34,696 nucleotides of DNA from Betaproteobacteria bacterium (GTDB lineage: Bacteria; Pseudomonadota; Gammaproteobacteria; Burkholderiales; SG8-39): contig VBCJ01000004.1 in the NCBI GenBank assembly GCA_005884335.1, positions 480 through 35,175 of the forward strand, given 5' to 3'. Position 1 is the first letter of the stretch. Each line of letters begins with the position of its first letter. The position numbers and the translations under genes are program-made. Positions 33,328 through 34,696 of the stretch are shown piece after piece. The notes beneath the pieces were generated by a model. It was given only the letters and a program-made list of their open reading frames with translations. It searched no databases and was not told where the DNA came from.

Positions 33328-34245
33328 CTAGGGACCCTCGACTTTCACGCCCTTGGCGCGCAGCATCGCGATGACGCTGTCGGGCCCCACGAGGTGGGCC
33401 GCGCCGACAACGATCATGTAGATGCGCCCGTCCGCGATCATCCTTTCTATCTGCGGCAGCCACTTTTCGTGGCGGTCCTTGAGAATGCGCCTGCGCAGCA
33501 CGGGGAAATCGTCGAGGCCGACATTGAGAGCCCTCTCCAGCGCCGCAAGATCGCCTTTGCGATAGGCGGCCAGCATGTCCCCGAGCATTTTCGGCATCTC
33601 GCGAACTTGCCGGAGGGTCACCGTCAGAAGCGCGATTTCCTGCTCACGCGTGAGGTCGGCGAAGACCCTGAGCTGAGACTCGTTCGTCTCCAGCGAGGTC
33701 AGGCCTTTGCCGCTTGCCTTCGCCCACGTGATGACCTGCTGTTCCACGCCCTTGTTCGGGTCGAAGCCCTGGCTGATGGCGAATTGCACCCCCAAGGTCA
33801 GCGCGGCCAGCCAGGGCCTCAAAGGCGCAAGACTGGGTGGCGGTATTCGGAGGTCGGTCGCCGCTCTCTCAAGCTCGGTGCGACTGCTTCCGGGCAAGAC
33901 GCTGGGTAGCGTCTGCCCAGGCGGGAGAAGGCCGTATTTCGCGATCAAGGCCTGCGAGGCCTGCGGGTCTCGCTGCCCGGCGAAGTCGGTCTCGAAGACC
34001 GCGACTGCGGCCCCGTTCAACGCGCTCTCGACGGCGGGGGTTCGCCATTTCACGTCGGCGGGGAGCAGATGGAACGATCCGAACAGAAAAACCCTCCCCT
34101 TCGGGCCATCGACCCTCCAGAGCGCCGGCGCATCGGCTCGCGCCGCGGCATCCCGCGTCGCAACCGGCGAGAGCGCAAGGCTCAGCGCCGCAAGACTTGC
34201 CCCGATCGCAGCGACAAGGCCGCGTAGCCCTTCAGGAAGCTTCAT
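33328..34245 (-). CDS. TraB/GumN-family protein with signal peptide
   Basis: The signal is MKLPEGLRGLVAAIGASLAALSLALSP. LWRVDGPKGRVFLFGSFHLLP and VVGAAHLVGPDSV are typical of TraB/GumN. Confidence 0.8.
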   Translation of the reverse strand: MKLPEGLRGLVAAIGASLAALSLALSPVATRDAAARADAPALWRVDGPKGRVFLFGSFHLLPADVKWRTPAVESALNGAAVAVFETDFAGQRDPQASQALIAKYGLLPPGQTLPSVLPGSSRTELERAATDLRIPPPSLAPLRPWLAALTLGVQFAISQGFDPNKGVEQQVITWAKASGKGLTSLETNESQLRVFADLTREQEIALLTVTLRQVREMPKMLGDMLAAYRKGDLAALERALNVGLDDFPVLRRRILKDRHEKWLPQIERMIADGRIYMIVVGAAHLVGPDSVIAMLRAKGVKVEGP

Positions 34246-34285
34246 GTGTTGCGCGGGACGGGCATCCGCCCGCCCCGGTACGGCG

Positions 34286-34696
34286 TTACACGAGCTTGAC
34301 GTTCTTCAACGGCAAACTCCGCACCGGCTTCCCGGTCGCGGCGAAGATCGCGTTGAGCACCGCGGGCGTCACCACGCAGATGGTCGGCTCGCCGACTCCG
34401 CCCCAGAAGTCCTGAGTCGGCACGATCACCGTCTCGACTTTCGGCATTTCGGCGAGCCGCAGGAGCGGGTAAGTGTGGAAGTTCAGCTCCACCATGCGCC
34501 CGTTCTGCACCGTGCACTCGCCGTAGAGCGCCGCGCTCAAGCCGTACACGACCGAGCCTTCGACCTGGGCCGCGATCTGATCGGGATTGACCGCGTGGCC
34601 GCAATTGAGCGCGAGCACCATGCGGTGGATCTTGAGCTTGCCTTCGCCGCTCACCGAGACCTCGGCGACCGCCGCCGAGTAGCTGCCGTAACCCAT
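34286..34696 (-). CDS. Molybdopterin-dependent oxidoreductase beta subunit (IorB / aldehyde dehydrogenase large-subunit-like), C-terminal fragment
   Basis: The frame is open to the window edge. CGHAVNPDQIAAQVEGSVVYGLSAALYGE and FWGGVGEPTICVVTPAVLNAIFAATGKPVRSLPL are typical of the C-terminal end of IorB-type subunits. The 5' part lies outside the window. Confidence 0.8.
   Translation of the reverse strand: MGYGSYSAAVAEVSVSGEGKLKIHRMVLALNCGHAVNPDQIAAQVEGSVVYGLSAALYGECTVQNGRMVELNFHTYPLLRLAEMPKVETVIVPTQDFWGGVGEPTICVVTPAVLNAIFAATGKPVRSLPLKNVKLV

Noticed and set aside
1-34696. Mobile elements, prophage or defence islands, CRISPR arrays
   Set aside because: I saw no transposase, integrase, phage or restriction/abortive-infection-like ORFs, no terminal inverted repeats and no spaced direct-repeat arrays. 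Gene content and codon style look uniformly chromosomal.

Overview
This is a GC-rich chromosomal segment that looks like a Betaproteobacterium of the Burkholderiales type. The evidence is two Bug/TctC solute-binding proteins, small DUF3460-like and DUF4936-like genes, and the conserved mltG-tmk-holB-TatD block. I support about 38 protein-coding genes. I found no rRNA, tRNA, CRISPR array, IS element or integrase.

Gene blocks, in window order:
- (a) 1-2721 (+): a Bug SBP, a LigB-type extradiol dioxygenase and a MetE-like Zn-methyltransferase homologue.
- (b) 2923-6358 (+): a GAF-GGDEF diguanylate cyclase and an orphan form-II CoxL-like molybdo-hydroxylase large subunit.
- (c) 15657-6393 (-): an 11-gene, co-directional, translationally coupled array. 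Its order is Bug SBP, livHMGF-type ABC importer, PIMT-like methyltransferase, LigA, LigB, short MetE-like protein, PhoA-type alkaline phosphatase, SABP2-like esterase.
- (d) cfa.
- (e) An SOS mutagenesis cassette, lexA-imuA-imuB-dnaE2, with a canonical CTGT-N8-ACAG box and a tightly coupled trailing TPR gene.
- (f) Housekeeping genes: mltG-tmk-holB-TatD, then ygfZ, DUF4936, NRDE and a GNAT.
- (g) A class II aldolase/SDR fusion gene overlapping mtnA.
- (h) A TraB/GumN protein and the 3' end of an IorB-like molybdopterin subunit.

Most worth a second look:
- The 11-gene array, whose SBP is a Bug (TTT-family) protein rather than a LivK-type protein.
- The LigB + MetE-like pairing, which occurs twice from non-identical subfamilies.
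- The aldolase-SDR + mtnA pair, which resembles a fused variant of the DHAP shunt (5-deoxyribose / methylthioribose salvage).

All functional calls come from reading the translated ORFs and recognising motifs. No database search was run.
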